The notes beneath the pieces are model-generated. The model saw only the letters and a program-made list of their open reading frames with translations, was not told the origin of the DNA and did no database searches. From assembly GCA_965204735.1 (NCBI GenBank), contig OZ242008.1, forward strand, positions 4,076,499 to 4,140,498: a stretch of DNA of 64,000 bases, in the 5' to 3' direction. Positions within the stretch are counted from its first letter, which is position 1, and every line of letters begins with the position of its first letter. This DNA is from Longimicrobiales bacterium (GTDB lineage: Bacteria; Gemmatimonadota; Gemmatimonadetes; Longimicrobiales; Gaopeijiaceae). This document shows, piece after piece, positions 8,575 to 19,142 of this stretch. A program made the position numbers and the translations under genes.

Positions 8575-11322
8575 ATGAAGCCGTTTCGTCTGATCGTCCC
8601 GTCGCTGCTGCTTCTGGCGGCCCCGCTAGGGGCGCAGGAGAACGGGACCGTGACCGGATCCGTGACGGCCGACGGGTCCGGCGCCGAAAGCGCCCAGATC
8701 GTGCTGTCCCAGACCGAGACCGGGGCGCAGTACGGCGGGCTCGCCAACCAGAGCGGACGCTACAACGTCGTCGCCGTGCCCGCGGGCTCCTACGACGTGT
8801 CGGTCCAGCTGATCGGCTTCACCGCCGAACCCCAGCGGATCGTCCTCGAGGCCGGAGCCACGGCGGTGGTGGACTTCGCCATGGTCTCCTCGGCGGTGTC
8901 GCTGGGCGGCATCGAGGTGCTGGCCGAGCGGGCGGAGGAGCGTCGGACGCCCGTCGCCTTCACCGACGTGTCCAAGGCCCAGATCCAGACCCAGCTGGGC
9001 TCGCGCGACCTGCCGCTCGTCCTGAGCATCACGCCCTCGGTCTACTCCACCGCCCAGGGCGGGGGCGCCGGGGACGCCCGCATCAACGTCAGGGGGTTCA
9101 GCCAGCGCAACACGGCGGTGATGATCAACGGCGTGCCCGTCAACGACATGGAGAACGGGTGGGTCTACTGGTCGAACTGGGACGGCCTGGGCGACGCCGC
9201 GACGAGCATCCAGCTCCAGCGGGGGCTGAGCGCGGTGAACCTGGCCACGCCCTCGATCGGCGGAACCCTCAACGTCATCACGGACCCGAGCCAGCAGCGA
9301 CCGGGCTACAACTTCAAGCAGGAGTTCGGCAGCGGGAACTTCCTGAAGACGACGATGACCGCCTCCACCGGCCCCATCGGCAAGTTCGCCCTGACGGCGT
9401 CGGGCGTGCGCAAGACCGGCGACGGCCTGATCGACGGGACGTGGACCGACGCCTGGTCGTACTACGTGGCGTCCCAGTACAGGGTCAGCGACAACAACCG
9501 GCTGGAGCTCTACGCGGTGGGCGCGCCCCAGCGCCACGGCCAGAACCTGTACAAGCTCAACTTGGCCACGCTGAACCGGGAGTTCGCCGCCGGCCTGACC
9601 GACTACGATCCCCGGGCGCTGGAGCGCTTCTCCACCGAGGCCGGCCGCTACTGGAGCCCGAACGTGGGCGGGGTGAACCCGGCGTACACCGGTCGCCAGT
9701 TCAACAGCACGGGTCCGGGCGCCGGCGTCTCCAGCCGCCACGCCCGGGACTTCATCAACGAGCGGGAGAACTACTTCCACAAGCCCCAGGTCAACCTGAA
9801 CTGGTACTCGTACTTCGGGAACGGCCTCACGATGAACACCGTGGCCTACTACTCCGGCGGCAACGGCGGCGGCACGGGCACCTACGGCTCGCTCCGCTGG
9901 GACTACACCTACGGCCAGCGCTTCGCCGACTGGAACGCCACGATCGAGCGCAACCGGGGCAACGACGACGGCGGGTCGTCGGGCATCCTGCGCAACTCGG
10001 TGAACAACCAGGACACGTGGGGCGCGATCGCCAAGCTCCAAAAGGACTTCTCCAACGGGTTGGTGACCGAGGTGGGGGTGGACTGGCGAACCGCCACGAT
10101 CGAGCACTACCGGGAGGTCCGGGACCTGCTTGGCGGCAGCTTCTACAACGACTGCTTCCGAGGCTGCAGCTCCGACTTCTGGAGCGAGGCCGAAGGCGAC
10201 CGCGGCCTGGGCGACAAGATACACTACCACAACGAAAACGACGTCAACTGGGTCGGTGCCCACCTGCAGGCGGAGAAGTCTTCGCAAGCCGGGTCGTTCT
10301 ATGGAATGGCCGGCATTTCGCGGATCTCCTACGACTTCACCGACTTCTTCACGCGGGGTCCCGGCGGCGGCTTTCTGGAGCTGAGCAGCGGCGGGATCAG
10401 CGGATTCCAGTTCAAGGGCGGAGCCGTGCGCAATCTGGGTCCCGAGTGGTCCGTCTACGGCAACGCCGGCTACGTGTCGAAGGTGCCGATCTTCGACGGC
10501 GTGATCGACGACAACAACGGAGAGCTCGTCCAGGACCCCAAGAACGAGAAGTTCGTGTCGTTCGAGGCCGGGACCCGCTTCCGGTCGCTGAACCGCCGCT
10601 TCTCCTTCGACGCCAACGTGTACTTCACCCAGTGGAACGACCGAACCCGCATCGAGCGCGACCGGATCACCGAGGACGTGAACGTGCTGGTCAACCTTCT
10701 GGGAGTGGACGCTCGCCACATGGGGGTGGAGATGGAGGGCGCCTTCCAGCCAGCCGACTACCTGCGCTTCGACGCGGCGATGTCGTGGGGCGACTGGAAG
10801 CACACCAACAACCCTTCGGGCACTTTCAGGCGGGCGGACCGCCAGGGCGAGACCGAGGTCAGGACGTACTACCTGAACGGGTTGTACGTGGGCGACGCAC
10901 CCCAGTTCCAGGTCGCCTACGCGCTGTCGCTCTTCCCGTCGGGCGGGCTCTACGTGCGGGCCGTGGGCAAGACCTTCGGCAAGCACTACGCCAACTACGA
11001 CCTCTTCGGGCGGTCCAGCAACATCGACGAGGGCGTCCAGTCCTGGCGCGCGCCGGGGTACACCGTCTTCGACATGCACGCCTCGTACCGCCTCTCGTCC
11101 GAGGTGACGGCGGCGATCGGCGGCAACGTCCGCCTCTTCCTGCACGTGTTCAACATCTTGGACACGATCTACGTGCAGGACGCCTCCGACAACTCCCGCT
11201 TCAACGGCTTCCGCGACGACGCCGAGCGCGAGCGGGGCGCACTCAGCCACAAGGCCGACGACGCCGAGGTCTTCCTGGGCTACCCCAGGTCGCTGAACTT
11301 CGGCTTCCAGATCATGCACTAG
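8575..11322 (+). CDS. TonB-dependent outer-membrane receptor with N-terminal carboxypeptidase-regulatory-like domain
   Basis: Signal peptide MKPFRLIVPSLLLLAAPLGA, plug motif INVRGFSQRNTAVMINGVPVN, beta-barrel C-terminus GYPRSLNFGFQIMH, GAGGAGG RBS. Confidence 0.92.
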   Translation: MKPFRLIVPSLLLLAAPLGAQENGTVTGSVTADGSGAESAQIVLSQTETGAQYGGLANQSGRYNVVAVPAGSYDVSVQLIGFTAEPQRIVLEAGATAVVDFAMVSSAVSLGGIEVLAERAEERRTPVAFTDVSKAQIQTQLGSRDLPLVLSITPSVYSTAQGGGAGDARINVRGFSQRNTAVMINGVPVNDMENGWVYWSNWDGLGDAATSIQLQRGLSAVNLATPSIGGTLNVITDPSQQRPGYNFKQEFGSGNFLKTTMTASTGPIGKFALTASGVRKTGDGLIDGTWTDAWSYYVASQYRVSDNNRLELYAVGAPQRHGQNLYKLNLATLNREFAAGLTDYDPRALERFSTEAGRYWSPNVGGVNPAYTGRQFNSTGPGAGVSSRHARDFINERENYFHKPQVNLNWYSYFGNGLTMNTVAYYSGGNGGGTGTYGSLRWDYTYGQRFADWNATIERNRGNDDGGSSGILRNSVNNQDTWGAIAKLQKDFSNGLVTEVGVDWRTATIEHYREVRDLLGGSFYNDCFRGCSSDFWSEAEGDRGLGDKIHYHNENDVNWVGAHLQAEKSSQAGSFYGMAGISRISYDFTDFFTRGPGGGFLELSSGGISGFQFKGGAVRNLGPEWSVYGNAGYVSKVPIFDGVIDDNNGELVQDPKNEKFVSFEAGTRFRSLNRRFSFDANVYFTQWNDRTRIERDRITEDVNVLVNLLGVDARHMGVEMEGAFQPADYLRFDAAMSWGDWKHTNNPSGTFRRADRQGETEVRTYYLNGLYVGDAPQFQVAYALSLFPSGGLYVRAVGKTFGKHYANYDLFGRSSNIDEGVQSWRAPGYTVFDMHASYRLSSEVTAAIGGNVRLFLHVFNILDTIYVQDASDNSRFNGFRDDAERERGALSHKADDAEVFLGYPRSLNFGFQIMH

Positions 11323-11330
11323 CGCAGGTT

Positions 11331-11373
11331 CCGGGCGGCGCGGCTCGGCAGGTGGCCGCGCCGCCCGGTTTCT
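11331..11373 (+). terminator. Intrinsic terminator after the TonB receptor
   Basis: Perfect 14-bp stem CCGGGCGGCGCGGC/GCCGCGCCGCCCGG followed by TTTCT, 9 nt after the stop. Confidence 0.75.
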
Positions 11374-11501
11374 GCGGGGCTGGGACTTGTCGCGAGGATT
11401 CCGTGGGTTGGGACTTCCGGCCAGTGCCTTCGCGGGGCGGCCGAGCTCTTTTAGGCTGGTTGCGGCTGGGTCACGGGCACCGCAGGGGCGTTGCGACGAC
11501 T

Positions 11502-12044
11502 CTATGGTTGCTCAACACGGAGTCGACCTCGATCAGTTCCTCGAGCGTCACGTCGTACCCCGTTGATCTGGGCCGTGGCGAGTCCCGATTCTCTCAGCGA
11601 CTCCAGATGGCCTCGAAACATGCACTGGATGGAGTCGGCCCAGGCAGGCGTCCACTCCGGCCGGGCAAGCTCGGCTTCCATTTCCGCCAGGGCCACCCGA
11701 AGCTCGGCGGCGAACGAGTCTGGGTTGGCGATGTTGGCTCGCACCTGCGGGTCGTTCTCCAGGTCATGGATCTCCTGCCGGTGCATCTCGATACTGGCTC
11801 GCAGCGCTTCCCTCTTCGTCAATGGCGTCGCCCTCCTCCCCATCAGGAAATACAGCGAGTCCAAGCCCGGATGGTCGACATAGATTATCGTCGTGTCCGT
11901 CCACACCGTCGTCGTGTCCAGCGCAGGCTCCAGATCTGACGAAGACTCGGGACCCCGAAGGTCGCCCTGGGAGCACGCCGCAAGGGCGACGGCGAGCAGC
12001 CCGATCGACGCAGCGACCTGTCGCGTGGTTCGTGGCGTGATCAT
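11502..12044 (-). CDS. Hypothetical lipoprotein
   Basis: Lipobox-like VALAAC after a hydrophobic stretch; AAGGA upstream of the ATG. Confidence 0.6.
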   Translation of the reverse strand: MITPRTTRQVAASIGLLAVALAACSQGDLRGPESSSDLEPALDTTTVWTDTTIIYVDHPGLDSLYFLMGRRATPLTKREALRASIEMHRQEIHDLENDPQVRANIANPDSFAAELRVALAEMEAELARPEWTPAWADSIQCMFRGHLESLRESGLATAQINGVRRDARGTDRGRLRVEQP

Positions 12045-12110
12045 GGCTCCATTCCTTGTGCTGACGGTGGGGTTTCGGCCTACAATAGATAAGACGCCGC
12101 ACGCCTCCGG

Positions 12111-12126
12111 CATGGTATATCAAAAT
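12111..12126 (-). promoter_or_regulatory. Conserved 16-bp motif ATTTTGATATACCATG, copy 1
   Basis: Exact reverse complement of 13413-13428. Both copies are followed by GGCGTCT and a CTA(A/T)T box. Confidence 0.55.
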
Positions 12127-12166
12127 TGAACGCGACCCCTCTCCGCGCTCGGACGAGCTGTCCGTC

Positions 12167-12236
12167 GGGCTGGGGAACGCTCGCCGGGATGGGGGCTGGG
12201 GAACGCCCGCCATCTGGGACTGGGGAACAGCCCGCC
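12167..12236. repeat. Three imperfect tandem repeats (core CTGGGGAAC, ~25 bp period)
   Basis: GGGCTGGGGAACGC at 12167 and 12193; GGACTGGGGAACAGC at 12217. Confidence 0.7.
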
Positions 12237-12254
12237 CGCCCACGGACCGGGCCG

Positions 12255-13001
12255 CTACGCCCGGACGGCGGCTCCCGGCTTCAGCCCCACGACCCCGATC
12301 CGGCGACGCAGCAGGGGGACGAACCGCTGGCACAGCCGCTCGACCACGCGGAGGCCGGGCAGGTGGGACTCGGCGAAGCGGGCGGTCTCGATCTCGAAGC
12401 CGGCGTCCGTCAGGAGGCCCTTCATGCGGGCCATGGACTTGTAGTCCACGTGGCTGGGGTCCCGCTTGAGCAGGATGTCGTTGTTCTTGAGGACCTCGAG
12501 GATGTGACTCCGGCAAGGCGTCCACACAACCACCCGGCCCCCGGGCTTCAGCACCCGGAACGCTTCCGCGGCCACGGCTTCGGAGTCGGCCGGGTAGAGG
12601 TGCTCGAAGAGGTCGGCCGCGACGACCACGTCGAAGCTTGCCGCCTCCAGGCCGGTGTCCCGGGCGTCGGCCACCCGAAACGCCACGTTGTCGAACTCGG
12701 TCTGGGCCAAGTGGGCGTTGCACTCGGCGACGGCCCGCTCGGCGAAGTCCACTCCCACGACTTCCTTGGCCAGGGGGGCGAGGGCGCAGCTGATCGTCCC
12801 CCAGCCGCACCCCAGATCGAGCGCTCGGTCCGCCGGGCCGGGCGAGTGAAGCGCGAGCACCATGCGAACCCGGTAGCGCTGGAAAGGGCTCTGGAAGTCC
12901 CGAAGGTGGGCCGCCCCCTCGAAGTACGTCGTCTCGTCGTAGTACGACTTGTCGATTCGTTCGGCGGCCGCCTCTGGTTCGGCGGCCGCTTCTCCTACCA
13001 A
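12255..13001 (-). CDS. Class I SAM-dependent methyltransferase
   Basis: [30 protein letters not shown]. Probable TTG start overlaps the rpsN stop. Confidence 0.85.
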   Translation of the reverse strand: MVGEAAAEPEAAAERIDKSYYDETTYFEGAAHLRDFQSPFQRYRVRMVLALHSPGPADRALDLGCGWGTISCALAPLAKEVVGVDFAERAVAECNAHLAQTEFDNVAFRVADARDTGLEAASFDVVVAADLFEHLYPADSEAVAAEAFRVLKPGGRVVVWTPCRSHILEVLKNNDILLKRDPSHVDYKSMARMKGLLTDAGFEIETARFAESHLPGLRVVERLCQRFVPLLRRRIGVVGLKPGAAVRA

Positions 13002-13300
13002 GACGACTTGCGGACGCCGGGGATCAGGCCGTGGAGCGACATGTCCCGGAACGCGATCCTGGAGAGCCCGAACTTGCCGATGAACCCCCTGGGGCGACCG
13101 GTCATCTGACACCGATTGCGGTGACGCACGGCGGACGAATCCCGGGGAAGGGACTGGAGCTCGGCCATCGCCTTCCGCTTCTCGCCGGGAGTGGCGTCCG
13201 GGTTCTTCACGACGGCGGTGAGCTTCTGGCGGCGCTCGGCGTACTTGGCGACGAGCCGCGCGCGTTGGTCGTTCCTCTGGAGCTTGCCCTTCTTGGCCAT
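12995..13300 (-). CDS. rpsN: 30S ribosomal protein S14, long zinc-independent (C-) type
   Basis: MAKK...[51 protein letters not shown]; 101 aa, only one Cys. Confidence 0.97.
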   Translation of the reverse strand: MAKKGKLQRNDQRARLVAKYAERRQKLTAVVKNPDATPGEKRKAMAELQSLPRDSSAVRHRNRCQMTGRPRGFIGKFGLSRIAFRDMSLHGLIPGVRKSSW

Positions 13301-13412
13301 GCTGGATGCTTCTCTCGGGGGGTGGTTCGGGGTCGGGACGGCCGGAGGAGTCCGGGGACGGAAAGATAGGAAGAAAGGCGGTTCGGTCAATGGGGGGCAG
13401 CGCCTGGTGCCG

Positions 13413-13428
13413 ATTTTGATATACCATG
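13413..13428 (+). promoter_or_regulatory. Conserved 16-bp motif ATTTTGATATACCATG, copy 2
   Basis: Identical to copy 1 in inverted orientation. Confidence 0.55.
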
Positions 13429-13588
13429 ACCCCGGCCCAATGGCGTCTACCTAATAGAGCCGCAGGTGGGGGTCCCACGGAACGGCTCCGTGAGCCGACC
13501 CACCACTGGAAGGGAGAAGCTTCATGAAGATGTTCGAAGGAGCCATCCTGTTCATCTGTCGCATCGCGCCTGACGGAGTCGAGTTCTG

Positions 13589-13816
13589 ATGCCGCTCTGG
13601 CTGTGGCTCGTTCTTCCGCCGTTGCTGGCGTGCTTCGTGGCGGTCATGGCGTTCTTGGCCTGGGGTTGGGGAGAGATCGACCGCATCTGGGACGAGACGT
13701 CGGAGTGGGACGAGAGTCGGTCAGGCTGTCGCTGTTCAGCATGTGGTTGCTCGGAGTCGCCGTCACAAGACGGTCGACCTTCGCCCCCTACAGCTCCGAA
13801 AGTCCGGCGGCGGTGA
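13589..13816 (+). CDS. Small putative membrane protein
   Basis: Hydrophobic N-terminus. TGATG-coupled to a 21-aa upstream ORF (13524-13589) that has a GGGAG RBS. Confidence 0.3.
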   Translation: MPLWLWLVLPPLLACFVAVMAFLAWGWGEIDRIWDETSEWDESRSGCRCSACGCSESPSQDGRPSPPTAPKVRRR

Positions 13817-13825
13817 CGCCTGGGC

Positions 13826-13960
13826 TCAGCGGCAGCCGGCCCAGCGCTTGAGAAGCGTGGTCTTGCCCGACTGCCGGGGTCCGGTGAGAACGACCGCCGG
13901 GAACTCCGAGGCCGCCCGGGCCAGCGTGTGCTCAAGGGCTCGCGTGATGTACTTGGTCAT
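13826..13960 (-). pseudogene. N-terminal fragment of an AAA_14/DUF4143-type ATPase
   Basis: MTKYITRALEHTLARAASEFPAVVLTGPRQSGKTTLLK is a typical family N-terminus with Walker A; it stops after 44 aa. Confidence 0.75.
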
Positions 13961-14012
13961 GGTTGGCCTGGAAGAAACGCGCAGATCGGCATTCGGAATG
14001 CAAATATACATG

Positions 14013-14840
14013 TTATCCCCAGAAGAGGTCGCGCTGGCGCCGATGCTTCTTGGCGGGACGGTACTTCTTGAGGGACCGCAGGTCGCCGATGCCCATCTGT
14101 CCCGCCAGGTCCAGGAGCCGCAGGAAGATCCGCGCCGTGGCAAGCGCGTCGCCGTAGGCTCGGTGCCGCTGGTGGACGGGAATGCGGAAGACTTGCGACA
14201 GGGTGCTCAGGTCGTGGCGGGCTACTTCGGGGAAGAGGCGTCGCGACAGGTCCACGGTGCAGAGCCGCTCCACCTTCGGCACGTCCCCCAGCGCGTCGCC
14301 CAGCTGGGCGGCGATCCACCCCCAGTCGAAGGCGGCGCTGTGGGCCACGAACACCCGTCCGTCGAGCCGGCGGAACACCTCTTGGGCGACCTCGTCGAAG
14401 GCCGGCGCGGAGGCGACCATCTCGTCGGTGATGCCGGTCATTCGGACGACTGCCGGATGCAGGCGGCGACCGGGGTTCACAAGGGTGCGGAAGCGGCCGG
14501 CGACCGCGCCGTCCCGGACCTCCACCACCGCCACGTCGGTGATCCTGTGGCCGTGTTCGTGGCGTCCTCCCGTCGTCTCGACGTCCACCACGGCGTAGGA
14601 GAGGCGGGCGAGGGGCGTGCCGGGGCGAGGCTTGCGGGGCCGGATGCTCCACAGGCCGTCGGCGTCGGCGCGGAAGCGGTCGTCGGGACCCAGCAGCGCG
14701 AAGACGGCGGCGGCCGCCGCGCCGGGGTGGCCGGTGATGCCCATGACCTGCCGGGCGAGGTCGGTCGCGTGCAGGGGGCCGCCTTCCAGCGCGGCCCAGG
14801 CCCGCTGGAGGAGGGAGTCGTCCGCCGCCCGGGGCGTCAT
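14013..14840 (-). CDS. DEDDh 3'-5' exonuclease (DNA Pol III epsilon-like)
   Basis: ExoI VVDVETTG, ExoII VAHSAAFD, ExoIII HRAYGDA. Confidence 0.9.
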   Translation of the reverse strand: MTPRAADDSLLQRAWAALEGGPLHATDLARQVMGITGHPGAAAAAVFALLGPDDRFRADADGLWSIRPRKPRPGTPLARLSYAVVDVETTGGRHEHGHRITDVAVVEVRDGAVAGRFRTLVNPGRRLHPAVVRMTGITDEMVASAPAFDEVAQEVFRRLDGRVFVAHSAAFDWGWIAAQLGDALGDVPKVERLCTVDLSRRLFPEVARHDLSTLSQVFRIPVHQRHRAYGDALATARIFLRLLDLAGQMGIGDLRSLKKYRPAKKHRRQRDLFWG

Positions 14841-15474
14841 CCGCTTCGTCCTCGGGCCAGGGCGTAGGAGAGACCTTCCAGCTCCATCAGCATGCTGACG
14901 TTGCCCAGGGTCACGTCCGGCGGCACCCGCAGCTGGACCGGCGCGAAGTTGAGGATCGCCTTCACGCCCGCCGACACCGCCCGGTCGGCCACCTCCTGCG
15001 CGACCCGCGCCGGCACCGCCAGGATCACCAGCTCGATCCCGTCTTCCCGCAACGCCTCCTCCATCTCGTCGCCGCTGCGGACCACCACGTCGCCCATCCG
15101 AGCCCCCGCCTTGGCCGGGTCGCTGTCCACCACCGTCGTGATGGCGAAGCCCCGCTTGCGGAACGGCTCGTACTCGAAGAGCGCGGTCCCGATCCGCCCG
15201 GCGCCCACCAGCGCGACCCGCCAAGTGGAGTCGAGCCCCAGCACCCGGCGCAGGACCCGCGTCAGCTCGGGCACGGAGTAGCCCAGTCCCCGCTTCCCGA
15301 ACGACCCCAGGTAGGAGAGGTCCTTCCGCACCTGGGCTGCCGTGGTCCCGCCCCGCTCGGCCAGGGCGGCGCTGGAGACGGTCGCCAGCCCCAGGCGCCC
15401 GAACTCCTCCAGGAAGCGCAGGTAGAGCGAGAAGCGCCGGACCGTGCCGGCCGGTATCCGCTGGTTCGCCGAGC

Positions 15475-15478
<4 letters not shown>
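14837..15478 (-). CDS. rex: Redox-sensing transcriptional repressor Rex
   Basis: [39 protein letters not shown]. Start probably non-canonical (CTG overlapping the ahcY stop). Confidence 0.93.
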
Positions 15479-17094
<1,616 letters not shown>

Positions 17095-17247
17095 CGGTGT
17101 TGGTCCTGGTTGGTCCTGTGTCCGCTGACCGGGTGGTTGGCCAAGGCGGCGCTGGGGCTTCAGGGACACCTGTAAGGTAGCGAGGCCGGGGACGGGCGGG
17201 GACGGGTGGCAGCCGGAGCTCCAGCCGGCAAATCGGCTCAGCTGGGC

Positions 17248-17420
17248 CTACAGGCGCGCCTTGATCCTCTGCGCCAGTGCATCGAAATCGTCCGGGCATT
17301 TCTGCGGATCACCTGGATGTTTCTCGCAGCTTCTCTGCCCAGGAGCTTGCGCCCGCCCCCTGGGTAGTCGGTCAATGTCGTTCGCGCACCAACGGTACAA
17401 AGTATCTCTCCTTGACGTGG
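17248..17420 (-). pseudogene. Frameshifted C-terminal remnant of a partner gene of the upstream ATPase
   Basis: Three successive frames join as EVHVKERYFVPLVRER / TLTDYPGGGRKLLGREAARNIQVIR / QKCPDDFDALAQRIKARL*. No N-terminal part is present. Confidence 0.45.
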
Positions 17421-18730
17421 ACTTCTGTCCCCGCTTCCCGCTCGCTTGCACCTTCCCCCAAGAAGACTGCGTCTTCCATCCATCCAGAAGCGTGTAGCGT
17501 GCCCAGTCCTTGCGATTCTCGAAGCTCTCTTGCGTTGGAAAGCTCTGCGACTTGACGGATGACTGCATCGCCCGTGTCCGGTCGCCGACACACGACGGCA
17601 GTGTTCTTGAACGTCTGATTGTTGACCATGGCCAGCAACTCCGGCGAGTGCGTCGTGGTCACGACCTGGGATTCACTCTCGGCAGTCCAGGTTTCGATGA
17701 GCTCCAGCAGAAGACGCAAGCGGGACGGGTGAACGCCGTTGTCGATCTCCTCAAAGAAATACAGGTCCGCCTGATCCCTCCCGAACAAGGCGGCCAGGAT
17801 GGCCAGAAAGCGCAACATCCCGTCTGACGCGGAGTAGGCAGAGATGTGTCGGCCGCTTCGCTCCGTTATGCGCAACTGCACCTTGCCGCTCACGGGGTCC
17901 CTCGGGAACTCGAAGTCAGCCACGTCCATCGGCGTCAATTCTCTGCTCCAGTCGACCAATGCGCCTCGGCGATCGGAGTCGTCGCAGATATCCTTCAGCA
18001 CAGTCGGCAAGTTGTCGCCCCGGTCTCCGAGCGTCGTCTGTCCAGGCAAGGATGGTATGCGCATACGAGTCGGCGACGGGTCGAGGAAGCGCATGCTGGC
18101 GAACGAGTCGGCGACCACTTGCGCTTGTGTCTTGTGCAAGCGCAATGCCTTCTTGTGTTCGTGCATCTGCGTCAAGGCCGGTTGATCCGGCCTGGCTTCG
18201 ATTCGATGCCCATATTTCCTCTGCTTCGCAGTCTTTGCCATGCGCAACAGCAAGTGCATCTCGTCGTCTTGCTTCCGTACCGGGTCGGGAGGGGGCGGAT
18301 GACTGTTGTAGACGAAACGCTTCCTGTGCTGGAGAGATTCCTCTGTGACGCGAAACGACCCGGAAGCCTCTTTGCTGCGTATCTTGTACGTGACCTTGCT
18401 CTGCGTCGAGTTCGCGATGCCTGTCGGCAACTGCATCTCCACTTCGAGGGCGAATCCGTTCTCTCCGGCCTCTCCGTCTTGTTCGATCCGCACGACCTCG
18501 CCTAGCGCGCCTCGAATCCCGTCCCACTGGACTTCGCCGCCAGGACCGTACTTGCCGCCAAGAATCTCCGCCAGCGTGTAGCCCCGTCCGAGGCCGTGGA
18601 GGAAACGCAGTGCTTCGCGGATGTTGCTCTTTCCGCTGCCGTTGGTGCCGGCGATGACGGTGAACGGACCCATGCGCAGCCGCTCGTCGGCAAAGCTCTT
18701 GAAGTCCAACAGCCTGATGGACGTGATCAT
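17372..18730 (-). CDS. ABC-type (AAA_21-like) ATPase, defence-associated
   Basis: LDFKSF, GTNGSGKSN, signature SASDGMLR, Walker B FFEEIDNGVHP, H-loop TTHSP. Confidence 0.88.
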   Translation of the reverse strand: MITSIRLLDFKSFADERLRMGPFTVIAGTNGSGKSNIREALRFLHGLGRGYTLAEILGGKYGPGGEVQWDGIRGALGEVVRIEQDGEAGENGFALEVEMQLPTGIANSTQSKVTYKIRSKEASGSFRVTEESLQHRKRFVYNSHPPPPDPVRKQDDEMHLLLRMAKTAKQRKYGHRIEARPDQPALTQMHEHKKALRLHKTQAQVVADSFASMRFLDPSPTRMRIPSLPGQTTLGDRGDNLPTVLKDICDDSDRRGALVDWSRELTPMDVADFEFPRDPVSGKVQLRITERSGRHISAYSASDGMLRFLAILAALFGRDQADLYFFEEIDNGVHPSRLRLLLELIETWTAESESQVVTTTHSPELLAMVNNQTFKNTAVVCRRPDTGDAVIRQVAELSNARELRESQGLGTLHASGWMEDAVFLGEGASEREAGTEVHVKERYFVPLVRERH

Positions 18731-19105
18731 GGGGGTGCCGTCTCTGTGCCGATGGACGTCACGTGATCACGGGGCATCTGGGTCCGGGGCCGGATGCCGG
18801 GCCAACGTGGCAAACACCCAGCAGGGACCAGGGCTTGGGCGCAGCAAGTCGTCCATCGGGAGCGGTAGTCATGATGCTCAACAGTAATTGAGCAGTTGCG
18901 GGAAGGCCACCGCCAAGGTTGCCGGCGTCTCCGCGATCGGCGGCGTCTCTGCGATCGGCAGGGGGGAACTTCGGTCAGCTGGCACTGCCCAGTCACCCCA
19001 ACCGGGCCAGTTGCAGCCTCGTCCGGGTCGAACCCTGAAGCCCGAATCGACTGTTGTTCTGGCGACTCGAGGAGTGCGGTGTCCAGGCTCTTGACTTGAC
19101 AGGAC

Positions 19106-19136
19106 TTGACATTCTGTCGCTGTCCTGCGATACATT
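19106..19136 (+). promoter_or_regulatory. Putative sigma70 promoter (TTGACA...TACATT) of the four-gene operon
   Basis: Perfect TTGACA at 19106 and TACATT at 19131 (19-nt spacer, suboptimal). Predicted +1 falls near ATG 19143. CTTGAC occurs three times in 19090-19110. Confidence 0.45.
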
Positions 19137-19142
19137 AGTATT

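Noticed and set aside
17095..17250. SAH riboswitch upstream of ahcY
   Set aside because: The consensus elements (GAGGAGCG...CAGGCTC...CGCTC) were not found on the minus strand.
18878..19135. Small minus-strand ORFs with an 18-bp tandem repeat (PIAET twice)
   Set aside because: No recognisable motif or RBS; they overlap the promoter-like region.
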